Positions 28,953 to 38,161 of a stretch of 64,000 nt of DNA are shown piece by piece. The translations under genes and the position numbers were made by a program. Where the stretch lies: IMG/VR virus record IMGVR_UViG_3300025645_000062, positions 4,275 through 68,274 of that record, one strand, 5' to 3'. Every line of letters starts with the position of its first letter. Positions within the stretch are counted from its first letter, which is position 1. Source of the stretch: a virus. The notes below the pieces were generated by a model. The model worked only from the letters and a program-made list of their open reading frames with translations, ran no database searches and was not told where the DNA came from.

Positions 28953-30998
28953 TTACGCAAGTATTCTTGCAGAGTTAATTGGGGAGTATACTCTACCAGT
29001 ATAACGCATGGCATCGGTATAATCTTGGGTTGCTCTAATGAGTAAATCATTATTTTGTATTGTCCCTAATGTATTTGCTACATAAAGGTTAGTACCTAAA
29101 ATTTTATTCGTATCCTGAAGCTGTGAAGCTACAACTATACCAGATATATCATCAAATCCAATTAAGTCATTTAACTTCTCTATTTCAGCTATTTCTTTTT
29201 CAATTTCATTACTTAATGCAGTATATTCTTTCATCTGCTCCATAGCACTACTTCTTTGATATGCTCTTGCTGTATCTAAAGCTAAGTTAACATATTGTGT
29301 AGTAGTAAGTACTGTAGCTGCAGTGTCTACTGCAGTAGTTACAACTTCAGCACCTTTTACTACAGCTTCCGCAGTTGTAGCTGCACTTGTTATAGCATTT
29401 GTTAATTTACCTGTAGCATAATATGCAACAATTACTGCTAACACTGCACCAAGTTCTTCACCAAAAACGTCTTGTAAAATTTTAGTAATAACTGGTGTAA
29501 GTGCTTGCATAACTAACATTACAGCAATTTTTATTGCGACTTGAGTTAATACGTGTAAAGTTGCTCCTACAGGAGGGTAAAGTATTGTAATAACAATCTG
29601 TACAATAAACACAATAATACTGAACCAGTTAGTTTTATGTTTAACTCTAAGTTTGTCATTTAACTGCATACGTACAGCAACATTAATTAAATCATGTCCC
29701 TTGATCTTACCCATCTGCTTAAACACTTCTCGGTGTAAAGGAGCTGTTACTTTTTCACCATCTTGCGTAGCGTCTTCTGGCTCAAATAATTCCTCTGCAG
29801 TGTAATAAGTAGTTTTTCCTACTACATCAGATGAAAAACCTAAACCTCTTATTTCAACCTGAGTATATGTCCCATTAGAATTTTGTCTCCTGTAGTAAAC
29901 ACTTGAATCAGAAAAATAATTACGTCCTAAAGTTTTACGGGGTAAAACCTCCATTGAAGTAGTGTAACTACCATTTTTAAGTAATTTATTTTTATCGTCT
30001 CTAAGGTTACCTTGTACAATACTTTCCTTGATATACGACCAAGACAAAACGTTTGTAAAGTTTTCTTCTTCAATGGTAACGTTATTTCTAGGAGGTAATA
30101 TATTACGCTCATTAGCTTCTTCCCACTGATCATATTCACTTTTTACCACGCGAGAAGTTTTACTCATTTCTTCAAAATACCTAAATAAATACTCTTTTCC
30201 TACTTTGCTAGTTGTGTTTAAAGGCACTCCTAAATAAATGTAGGCTTCTTCTAAAGGATTAGGTTTTCCGTCATGTTCATTTTTATCTGACATTTTTTGA
30301 ACATTGTCACCTAATTCTTTTGGATTTAAACCAAGGTAACGGCAAGCTTTACGAATATCTTTTTTATATAAAGGATTGTCATCCCATCTTTCCCCATCTA
30401 CCCTAAAAGGAATAATAGGGTAATACGGGCTTGAAGCAGAACCTGCAGTTAAACTTAAAAACTCAAAATTATCAGGTGTAGCATCTGCAGAGTTAAACCA
30501 CCATAAGTAATATACATCTGGGTCAGTATCTTTAACATACTCCACTATGTAGTACATACCTGAACCAAATTCAAATGATACTCTTGAGTTAGGTTCAGTT
30601 AAATCATTAGGTAAATTTGGTGTAGCAGGAATAGTCCATTCTTTGCCTACATCTGTAGATGGGTTTGCATTTTGATCCAGTGTAACGTAAGTAACGGTTA
30701 TTGCTTCACCTTGTTCTTTACTAATAATCATCTCAATATAATCACGAGTTTTGATTGATACATTTTTTGTATACTGTTGAGCTAACCCCCATTGGTACTT
30801 CCCACTTGCACCGTATTTATAAAACTTTTCTATATTTTTAACATCTGAATTTAAAATATTTTCCAGCAAAGTACCTGATAAGCTTCTGTTTGAAGCAGTA
30901 GCACTTACTATAGACTGTTTAAGCATCCCTGCAGTATTTTCATCATACAACGGCATAGTTGAAGTAGTATAATAAGTAGTGCTACCGCCACCAAACAT
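28953..30998 (-). CDS. Conserved virion-associated protein (N4 gp53-like)
   Basis: MFGGGSTTYY N-terminus, YYPIIPFR, C-terminal hydrophobic helices; synteny. Confidence 0.7.
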   Translation of the reverse strand: MFGGGSTTYYTTSTMPLYDENTAGMLKQSIVSATASNRSLSGTLLENILNSDVKNIEKFYKYGASGKYQWGLAQQYTKNVSIKTRDYIEMIISKEQGEAITVTYVTLDQNANPSTDVGKEWTIPATPNLPNDLTEPNSRVSFEFGSGMYYIVEYVKDTDPDVYYLWWFNSADATPDNFEFLSLTAGSASSPYYPIIPFRVDGERWDDNPLYKKDIRKACRYLGLNPKELGDNVQKMSDKNEHDGKPNPLEEAYIYLGVPLNTTSKVGKEYLFRYFEEMSKTSRVVKSEYDQWEEANERNILPPRNNVTIEEENFTNVLSWSYIKESIVQGNLRDDKNKLLKNGSYTTSMEVLPRKTLGRNYFSDSSVYYRRQNSNGTYTQVEIRGLGFSSDVVGKTTYYTAEELFEPEDATQDGEKVTAPLHREVFKQMGKIKGHDLINVAVRMQLNDKLRVKHKTNWFSIIVFIVQIVITILYPPVGATLHVLTQVAIKIAVMLVMQALTPVITKILQDVFGEELGAVLAVIVAYYATGKLTNAITSAATTAEAVVKGAEVVTTAVDTAATVLTTTQYVNLALDTARAYQRSSAMEQMKEYTALSNEIEKEIAEIEKLNDLIGFDDISGIVVASQLQDTNKILGTNLYVANTLGTIQNNDLLIRATQDYTDAMRYTGRVYSPINSARILA

Positions 30999-31022
30999 AA
31001 GTGTTACCTTCTAAGTTAAATA

Positions 31023-31967
31023 TTAAACAGTTTCAATCGTACGTGGATACGTTATAGGAGAACTATCAACTCTAGGTACACCTACTCCTGTAGAAGGAAT
31101 TGTATCACTATTGTGTCGAGTTGTTCCAACACCTGTTAATAACTTATCCATTACATTTCTACCTGTAACAAAGTCATACCCGAAGTTTTCAGGTTGAGCA
31201 TAAGCATCATCAGAATTACTTGCATACATTGTAGCAAACACATCTGTATACATTTTAGCTGCTTTTTGCTCAGCATCTCGTAAAAATGATTCTTTCTGAA
31301 CAGTCTTAAGACTCATCTCAACACCAACTAAACCGCCAATAGTTCCACCATCAGCACCTATAAATGTACCTTCAATCTGAGCTTGTTCAGTTAATTTTTT
31401 CTGCTCTAAAATTCCAGTTTCTGCAAGAGTTTTATTGTAAGCTGCTAAGTTTGTTCCGCCTGTAGGAGTAACCGTTTGATCTTTAGCTGCTTCAATTTGT
31501 TCATCAACTAAATCTTCTTGTTTGCCTACTAAAGCACGTTGCGCAGCTGCTTGTTGTACCTGTTCATTAACTAAAACTGTTTGAGCAGATATTTGAGCTG
31601 TCTGGTTTACAAGCATGTCGTATTGCTTTGGCTGCATAAAATCACGGTTAAACTCAGTCATTGTAAGATCGACTGCAGCTTGACTTTTTTGTGTAACTAA
31701 AAGTTCTTTTTGAAGAACTGCCTGTGCAATTTGTTCGTCCATCAATAACAGCTGTTTATTGGTAGTTTCAAACTGTAACGAGTACTGTGTAGCTACCTGT
31801 AATACGTTCTGTAAGGCACCTAAATACACTTGTGAGTATGCTTGCTCAGTAATACGACCTTCGCTTAATTCGAGGTGTACATGAGCTTTAACAGTTCTCA
31901 TGAGTTCATCGAAAATACCATTACCCGCTATCTCACCTGAAGTAAGTGTTCTTTGACTTATAGACAT
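31023..31967 (-). CDS. Structural protein (N4 gp54-like)
   Basis: LTSGEIAGNGIFDELM...GRIT..AYSQVYLGA N-terminus, coiled coil, SFLRDAEQKAAK. Confidence 0.75.
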   Translation of the reverse strand: MSISQRTLTSGEIAGNGIFDELMRTVKAHVHLELSEGRITEQAYSQVYLGALQNVLQVATQYSLQFETTNKQLLLMDEQIAQAVLQKELLVTQKSQAAVDLTMTEFNRDFMQPKQYDMLVNQTAQISAQTVLVNEQVQQAAAQRALVGKQEDLVDEQIEAAKDQTVTPTGGTNLAAYNKTLAETGILEQKKLTEQAQIEGTFIGADGGTIGGLVGVEMSLKTVQKESFLRDAEQKAAKMYTDVFATMYASNSDDAYAQPENFGYDFVTGRNVMDKLLTGVGTTRHNSDTIPSTGVGVPRVDSSPITYPRTIETV

Positions 31968-31979
31968 TATATTTTCCTC

Positions 31980-32276
31980 TTATGTGTACTGTGCAATACG
32001 ATTTATACCATGACGTTCTTTCATGATAATTAATTGTTCTTCTGCTTGTAGCTTTTGCTCGACAAGTAAATCTACTTGACCTGCAGAAATATCTTTACCT
32101 AATAAAAAACTTTGAGCTTGAGCCATACTTGATTGGACAGCTGCAATGTATACCTGAGCATAATCAGTTCCCTGTATACGACCTTTATCAAATTGAGCAC
32201 TAAGGTGCGTTTCAATATGTGTGAGTAACTGGCTAGACAAAGTAGTTAACTGTTCAGCAGTATATGTAGTTGTCAT
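31980..32276 (-). CDS. Short paralog of the gp54-like N-terminal domain
   Basis: HLSAQFDKGRIQGTDYAQVYIAAVQ aligns with HVHLELSEGRITEQAYSQVYLGALQ of the next gene; ATG 32276 follows AGGA (ORF track starts at 32285). Confidence 0.7.
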   Translation of the reverse strand: MTTTYTAEQLTTLSSQLLTHIETHLSAQFDKGRIQGTDYAQVYIAAVQSSMAQAQSFLLGKDISAGQVDLLVEQKLQAEEQLIIMKERHGINRIAQYT

Positions 32277-32296
32277 AAATATCATCCTGTAAATAT

Positions 32297-32320
32297 AAAA
32301 AAAGGGAGCTAATGCTCCCT
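32297..32320 (-). terminator. Rho-independent terminator
   Basis: Minus strand AGGGAGC-ATTA-GCTCCCT-TTTTTT. Confidence 0.8.
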
Positions 32321-32345
32321 AGTATATACTGATTTAACTGAAAAA

Positions 32346-32858
32346 CTAAACAGACTGTCGTTTACTTTGATCAGACGCTAATTGATCTAACTCTTTCTGG
32401 GTCAAAGCAGGTAATATCTCTAACTGGAATTCTTTACGCATATTACGCACGGGCACTAGTTTACCGTCAAAATTCTTCTTTTCTTGGACAATTGCATACT
32501 CACGAGACTTAATTAAGTTAAGTAGCATATGTTCAACATGAGTTTCACTTTCAAAAGGAATGAACCGTGTAATAGTACTAATTACACTATTACCAGTACG
32601 GAACCATTCACCTTCAGAATGTTTTTTGTTTGGGTTTAAGTTTGTTACTCTCACACGAATAAGCTTTGTTGCTTCTCGAATCAGCGAACTATTTTTAGTT
32701 AACGTTGACTCCACTTTAGGAGTTGCAGGAGCAAGTATTCCATTCACTTTTTCACGTAAAGATTTTACACCAATATTTGGGCTATATTTAATACCCATAT
32801 CATCTGCACGTTCTTTTAGTACTTGTAGTTCTGTTGGTTGTTCAATTGTATCTGTCAT
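32346..32858 (-). CDS. Conserved protein (N4 gp55-like)
   Basis: ELQVLKERADDMGIKYSPNIG..LREKV and LIRVRVTNLNPNKK; follows the capsid gene. Confidence 0.8.
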   Translation of the reverse strand: MTDTIEQPTELQVLKERADDMGIKYSPNIGVKSLREKVNGILAPATPKVESTLTKNSSLIREATKLIRVRVTNLNPNKKHSEGEWFRTGNSVISTITRFIPFESETHVEHMLLNLIKSREYAIVQEKKNFDGKLVPVRNMRKEFQLEILPALTQKELDQLASDQSKRQSV

Positions 32859-32887
32859 GGTTAGAGTCCTTGGATACTGTTTAAATT

Positions 32888-32915
32888 AAAAGGGAGAAGC
32901 GTTAACTTCTCCCTT
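32888..32915 (-). terminator. Rho-independent terminator after major capsid gene
   Basis: Minus strand AAGGGAGAAG-TTAACG-CTTCTCCCTTTT. Confidence 0.8.
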
Positions 32916-32937
32916 AGCTTACATTACTTTATATCTT

Positions 32938-34149
32938 TTAGCTACGTGCTACAGTCTTAATTACAGCTAAGCGTTCAGGACGCATAACCAAAGTACCATA
33001 CCAGAATTTAATAGACATAAAACCAATCTCACCAAATGGATCAGCAGAACTGTAAGAAATGTTATCACCTGGAAATGAATGCTTAATCTTGAACTTAGTA
33101 GACTTACCATCAGTTTGGAAACCAATAGTAGCAAACGATTGATCACCAACAACTAACATTGGGAATACATCGTACTTAGAACCAGTAACTTGATAACCAG
33201 CATTACTACCAGTTGCAGTTTCACCTGCACCAGACCACTTCATCATTTCAGGAACTTGGATAATGCGGAAATCACCACACTTACCAATTTCACCATTGAT
33301 AGAATTAACACCTGAAACACCTGAATGTGCATAGTGCTCAACACCAACAAATGCAGCATTACCGTGGTGATCTGTCATACGGCTTAAAGTAGGAACCATT
33401 TCAGAACCAACATACATGTACAAGCCTGAAGCAACAACATGAGTATCAACTAAACGAGAACCAACAATAACATTAGTTTTCTTAGGTGTACGGTTGTTAA
33501 ACAAATCAATAGCTAAACGCTGCATGTCATCATAGCTTACTTCAGTAATACCTGAAGCTTCACCAGAAATAGTTGCATCTGAAGTAGCAGTACCTGAATA
33601 CTTAACAACACCTGCACCATTTAGTAGATCCATTTGCAATAAGTCTTCTTGTAACTCATTAGCAGCCATAATCATCTCACGAGATAAATGACCATATAAT
33701 TCGTTATCAGTATCGAAGTCTAGTGCATCACGAGAAAATTCAGTGAAGAAACCAACTTTGGTAATCTCACCTTCAATAACTTTACGTGAAGAACCTACAC
33801 GGTTATTACGTCCACCAGTTTCACCTAAAAGTGGGATCTTACCATTTACAGTAGTAACGTCTTTACTTGAACCATAAAGGTTACCATCAGAAATAGTTGC
33901 ACCTGAAGCATCAATACCTTGATCGTTAACGTTGGCATCGTCAAGAATAGGTAAGTAATGGTACATTGAAATCTTTTTACCATAGTGCTTAGGCATATTT
34001 TTAGCTGAAGATAACTGACCGAAGTAAACTTCTTTAGCAGCTTCAATTAAAGACATTTTGTGGTGGTATTCAGTATTAATCTGACGACCAGTACCTTGAT
34101 CAATTGTTGCAGGAGTTCCGCCAGCTGGATCATTATAATTTGTTGACAT
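32938..34149 (-). CDS. Major capsid protein (N4 gp56-like)
   Basis: YNDPAGG, MPKHYGKKI..YHYLPILDDAN.NDQGIDA.G, GNLYGSSKD, DPFGEIGF, MRPERLA; 403 aa. Confidence 0.93.
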   Translation of the reverse strand: MSTNYNDPAGGTPATIDQGTGRQINTEYHHKMSLIEAAKEVYFGQLSSAKNMPKHYGKKISMYHYLPILDDANVNDQGIDASGATISDGNLYGSSKDVTTVNGKIPLLGETGGRNNRVGSSRKVIEGEITKVGFFTEFSRDALDFDTDNELYGHLSREMIMAANELQEDLLQMDLLNGAGVVKYSGTATSDATISGEASGITEVSYDDMQRLAIDLFNNRTPKKTNVIVGSRLVDTHVVASGLYMYVGSEMVPTLSRMTDHHGNAAFVGVEHYAHSGVSGVNSINGEIGKCGDFRIIQVPEMMKWSGAGETATGSNAGYQVTGSKYDVFPMLVVGDQSFATIGFQTDGKSTKFKIKHSFPGDNISYSSADPFGEIGFMSIKFWYGTLVMRPERLAVIKTVARS

Positions 34150-34160
34150 AGTTGTATACC

Positions 34161-35228
34161 TTATATTTGGATGTTATTTATCTTCAAGAACTCAGCATCA
34201 TCCATAGCAAGATAACTATTTTTTGGTTTAGCTATTGTTTTGGATGAACTTCTTGAAGAAGTAGCAGCTTTTCTCTTTTTAGAGAGAGCATTATCTAAAG
34301 GCTTAATTTCAGTTCTTGCTACAGGTTTTGCTTGTGGGGGGGTTAAAGTCCCTGCTTGCATCATCTGTGCTCCAACTGTTTTATAAGCTTCAAAGTCTGA
34401 CACACCACTTAAACCACCGAACATTTTAACACGTTCAACTTCTGCGTTTACTTTATCGAAGATGCCAGCTTGCATTTGTTCGTTAAGGTTACGTATTAGT
34501 TCTGGTTCTTGTGTAAGTAGCTGTTTACTCTTCGCATCCCATTGGTTGCCTACAAGGTCTATACATTTATCATAAGTAGGTGTACTCTCTAAACTTTCGA
34601 GTACCTGCTCAAGTTGTACGGCTTGTTCGCTAACTTGGTGATTTGTAGGGGTATACTCTACATTGTCTTCTTCATTATCAAAACCTTCTGGCTCATAGTT
34701 AGAATCTTTAATTAACTTAGCTATGGCTTTTGGATCGTTTTTACTTAAATCAATTAAGTAGTTTAACTTAGTTTCATCGAGAAGTTCATGCTTCTCTAAA
34801 GTTTTAAGAACTTTCAAGTTTGGAGACAGCTCTTGCATCTTCTTAGTGTAATTAGCACCAAGCTGCATAAGAGTTATTGCCTCATCTGCGTTCTTCACTT
34901 GCACATCTTTACCATTTGCACGGAAAGGTTGCAAGACTTTTTCTAAATCTAAAGGTTCTGATACCTCCTCAGAAGCTTCCTCTTCAAGAGTTTCTTCTTC
35001 GGAAGGTAATTGGTCAAGAGGTTCTTCTTCTGTTTCCACAGGGTCTTCTGAAGGCTCCTCTGACTCATCTTCTAAACCAGAGTCTACTATATCGGTAGCT
35101 TCTTCGCTAGTACCCTCTGATAAAGTATCTAAATTATCTTCTTGGGGAATATCTACATCATCCCCACCCATTAAAGACTCGCCTTGGTTTAAAAAGTCTT
35201 TATCACTCATATTTAAAAGATCAGACAT
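34161..35228 (-). CDS. N4 gp57-like protein (acidic N-terminus, probable scaffold)
   Basis: PFRANGKD, LMQLGANYTKKMQEL, MSDKDF/MDDAEF terminal motifs; upstream of capsid. Confidence 0.8.
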   Translation of the reverse strand: MSDLLNMSDKDFLNQGESLMGGDDVDIPQEDNLDTLSEGTSEEATDIVDSGLEDESEEPSEDPVETEEEPLDQLPSEEETLEEEASEEVSEPLDLEKVLQPFRANGKDVQVKNADEAITLMQLGANYTKKMQELSPNLKVLKTLEKHELLDETKLNYLIDLSKNDPKAIAKLIKDSNYEPEGFDNEEDNVEYTPTNHQVSEQAVQLEQVLESLESTPTYDKCIDLVGNQWDAKSKQLLTQEPELIRNLNEQMQAGIFDKVNAEVERVKMFGGLSGVSDFEAYKTVGAQMMQAGTLTPPQAKPVARTEIKPLDNALSKKRKAATSSRSSSKTIAKPKNSYLAMDDAEFLKINNIQI

Positions 35229-35231
35229 AAT

Positions 35232-35600
35232 TTAATCCTCGTATAAATCAAGACTACTTTCTAACTCTCGGGCAGCTATTAAACTATTTTCTGATTGAGC
35301 ACCCATAGCTTTTACACCACGAAAATAATGATTGAGTTCACCTATCGAATCAATCTTACGTGTATTTGCTTCCATAATTTCAGGAACGCCTCTCATTTCA
35401 GGCATACCACGCTGCATAACTAAGTTATTTGAAAAATCTTTAAAAAATCCTGTTTCAATTACAGTTTTAAAATCAGGCTGACTTTCCAACCGAACCAATG
35501 CATCTCGCATTGCTATAGCTTTTTTAGCTTGTTCGATCTCTGCGTTTAAATTACGTGTTTGTACTTCTTGGTCTTGTTCAATCATTTTAAGTTTCCTCAT
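35232..35600 (-). CDS. Conserved protein (N4 gp58-like)
   Basis: ALVRLESQPDFKTVIETGF; between portal and gp57-like; start may be the internal MIEQ. Confidence 0.7.
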   Translation of the reverse strand: MRKLKMIEQDQEVQTRNLNAEIEQAKKAIAMRDALVRLESQPDFKTVIETGFFKDFSNNLVMQRGMPEMRGVPEIMEANTRKIDSIGELNHYFRGVKAMGAQSENSLIAARELESSLDLYED

Positions 35601-35609
35601 ATAGAGACT

Positions 35610-37784
35610 TTAGTTAATGGGTGTATCTTTATTAAGATCTGCTTTAAGAATTTCCAATGCCATATTACCTTTAGCTTGGGCTTGATTCTGTTGCATCTCT
35701 CTTGCGTGCTTGGTTCCTGAGTTTTGCTCAAGGAAATCCAAATTCTTCTGATCCGTATCGGATGCAGTATTACCTGCTTTTGCTCCTGCTTCATTAGCCT
35801 TAGCCATATCAAGTTGAGCTGCAGTTTGTAATTTCTGAGTTTTAGCTTGTAATTCAGCCAGTTCAAGTTGTAACTTTGCTAACTCTAACTGTTGTAGCTG
35901 CTCTTGTACAGGGTCTGGAGCAGGTTTAAATTCTTCAATACGTTTTGCCAAGTTAGGCATTTTACGTAAACGAGCAATATCACCTAACACTATCTGTGAC
36001 ATCTCCATAGGTAAAGTGTTACCCATAGTCTGTAACATAAATGCTAATTCTTGTGCTTTTGTATCATCTGCTTCAGCAGTTGAAATACTAACTTCAATAT
36101 CATAGTTACCCTCTAAATCTTCTCTACGAATAGTTACAAAGTCTTCATCAGTTACACGAATGATCTCTTCATCAGAAAGAAAAGCACCATTCATTGCCAC
36201 AATCTTTTTAGCTACTTTTTCCATAGCCCTAGCGTATCTACGAAGTATTCCAGTTTCACGTTTAGTAGCCGCATCAAGTACTCCACGAATACCTGTAGCT
36301 GTTGCGCCTAACGCATCACCACTCATACCACCTGAATAAGGTTTAACACCTGTAAGACTTTCAGCTTCATTATTTTGCAAGCCAATCATTAAACTTACAC
36401 TGTTAGGTATTTCAGGGTAAGTATGTTCAACCATAGCCTGTCTAGGATCAACCATAGGATTAAACTCATAGTCTTCACCTTGAGCGTACTTTCTTTTGTT
36501 TACAACATCTAGTGCATCCTGTCTCATACCTTTTTGACCTACAGCACTTCGTGCCATAGTATCAATAGCTCCACGGTAAACAGCACCAATAATAGCTTGG
36601 TTGTCCTTAAGTAAAGCACCATCTGGTTCACCATACAAACTTTTACGTACAGGAAGATATTGAGTATCTACAAATGGGATACATTTATCAGGGTATGGGT
36701 TTTCTTCAAACCGAACCATAACAGAATTAACCCAAGTAGCTACAAAAGGAACAGGTACCCCTGTTTCTTCCATATCCCAATATCCCCAGTATTCATATGC
36801 AACAAATTTTGCACGAGGATCATCTTTAAAATTAAAAGCACTATCACCAGATATTTCATGGTCAGGTGCGTTTAATAAACTAGAGGTATCTACGTTAATT
36901 TTATCAAGGTTAAAATATCTATCAGGTTCTTTAGCAAGTGCTCCTTTAGAAGTCTCAAAAGAATAAATAGCAAAACCTGCTTTCTCCATGTTACCTTCAC
37001 AACTTGGATCAATTACAAGATTGTTAGAATTACATACTTCTATCGTAGGTTGATTTTTAATTAAAACTGTTTCGGTAACTTCTTGCATTTCTTGTAACAC
37101 AGGATAAATAGGTTGACCTTGTTGAGTTGTTAACGATAATGCTTTCTGAATATGTTCTGGTACATGAGCTTTAAATGCATACGGGTCTTGTTGTTGAACC
37201 ATAGCTGCTTTTTGTAACTCTTCTACTTGTCCTTGCTGTGTAGCAGGATAGTACTCATAAATAGGTACTTCTTTTGTAACTTCTTTTTCTTCACTTTCCC
37301 AACTTATACGTAAAAAAACAGTACCTTCATCAATACCTGTACGGGAGAACTCATCTACAAAAGCAACTTTGTCTATTTGGTTATTCCACTGGTAATTTAA
37401 AAGTGTACTATTCTGCTGCGCAGAAAGCTTATCTTCGTGTGTTCTAGGGTGCAAAGTAAACATGTCAGGAGTTGAAAGAAAAGCTTCTGAAATTGCTGCA
37501 TAGCGCCACTCAGCATGTTTACGTATGAGCTTAGGTTGTACAGCACTTTTACCTTTTTTCTTTTTAAGTATAGCTGAACCAGTAATATTTAAATGGTCTA
37601 AACTGTCTGTACGCTTAATCATCTGAGCGTCATGGTAAGGTTTAGCATCTTGGAAATTTTGTTTAAGGTCAGCAATGTTAGGGAGATTTACCCAACCTTC
37701 TGGAGCGTGCCCTTCAGGAATTGCAAGTTCTTCGCTGTCGTCACTATTTGTGTTTTCATTCATGTGTAAGTTTCTCACTACCAA
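35610..37784 (-). CDS. Portal protein (N4 gp59-like)
   Basis: VQPKLIRKHAEWRY, YEYWG, LYGEPDG.LL.DNQ, EAESLTGVK, LAFMLQTMG; true start possibly ATG 37763. Confidence 0.92.
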   Translation of the reverse strand: MVVRNLHMNENTNSDDSEELAIPEGHAPEGWVNLPNIADLKQNFQDAKPYHDAQMIKRTDSLDHLNITGSAILKKKKGKSAVQPKLIRKHAEWRYAAISEAFLSTPDMFTLHPRTHEDKLSAQQNSTLLNYQWNNQIDKVAFVDEFSRTGIDEGTVFLRISWESEEKEVTKEVPIYEYYPATQQGQVEELQKAAMVQQQDPYAFKAHVPEHIQKALSLTTQQGQPIYPVLQEMQEVTETVLIKNQPTIEVCNSNNLVIDPSCEGNMEKAGFAIYSFETSKGALAKEPDRYFNLDKINVDTSSLLNAPDHEISGDSAFNFKDDPRAKFVAYEYWGYWDMEETGVPVPFVATWVNSVMVRFEENPYPDKCIPFVDTQYLPVRKSLYGEPDGALLKDNQAIIGAVYRGAIDTMARSAVGQKGMRQDALDVVNKRKYAQGEDYEFNPMVDPRQAMVEHTYPEIPNSVSLMIGLQNNEAESLTGVKPYSGGMSGDALGATATGIRGVLDAATKRETGILRRYARAMEKVAKKIVAMNGAFLSDEEIIRVTDEDFVTIRREDLEGNYDIEVSISTAEADDTKAQELAFMLQTMGNTLPMEMSQIVLGDIARLRKMPNLAKRIEEFKPAPDPVQEQLQQLELAKLQLELAELQAKTQKLQTAAQLDMAKANEAGAKAGNTASDTDQKNLDFLEQNSGTKHAREMQQNQAQAKGNMALEILKADLNKDTPIN

Positions 37785-37796
37785 ATATTAAATATA

Positions 37797-38075
37797 TTAA
37801 ACTGCGTAATTAACTAGTAGTTCAGGTATTGATACAACTAAACTAGTCTCAGAGTTTACAAGCACCAATACAGGTTGAGTGTACTCATCATTAATTTTTA
37901 ACTCAATAGTAAAAGTACCTTCCACTAAGTTAAAGTTATATAAACCATCAATGCCTATTTCAACTTTAGCAGTTCCACCTATAAAAGTAACTGTACTGTC
38001 ATTTGCAGTTATTCTTACAGTACTTGCTACTTCTGTATTAGAAGGGTCAACTAGTGTCCCTGTAACTTGTATCAT
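37797..38075 (-). CDS. Stand-alone tail-fibre N-terminal (Phage_tail_N-like) domain protein
   Basis: MIQVTGTLVDPS...DGLYNFNLVEGTF aligns with MITITGTLVDPM...AGLYTFPLENGRY of the adjacent 1283-aa protein; AAGGA RBS before ATG 38075. Confidence 0.7.
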   Translation of the reverse strand: MIQVTGTLVDPSNTEVASTVRITANDSTVTFIGGTAKVEIGIDGLYNFNLVEGTFTIELKINDEYTQPVLVLVNSETSLVVSIPELLVNYAV

Positions 38076-38105
38076 TTTAAATCCTTCTGAGCACAAATAG
38101 GATAC

Positions 38106-38115
38106 ATACTAACAT
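38106..38115 (-). promoter_or_regulatory. Putative late promoter motif ATGTTAGTAT upstream of the portal/capsid operon
   Basis: Identical intergenic 10-mer at 38106, 43509 and 56604 in the same orientation; resembles an extended -10 (TGnTAGTAT). Confidence 0.45.
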
Positions 38116-38161
38116 CTAGTCAATACGTATCCTAGTGCTTTATATTACCTTAACTTTTTAA

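Noticed and set aside
31023-32285. Stop-codon readthrough fusing the short gp54 paralog to the gp54-like gene
   Set aside because: The ORFs are in frame with a 12-nt open gap, but the gap contains a good GAGGA RBS and the stop is TAA, so independent translation is simpler
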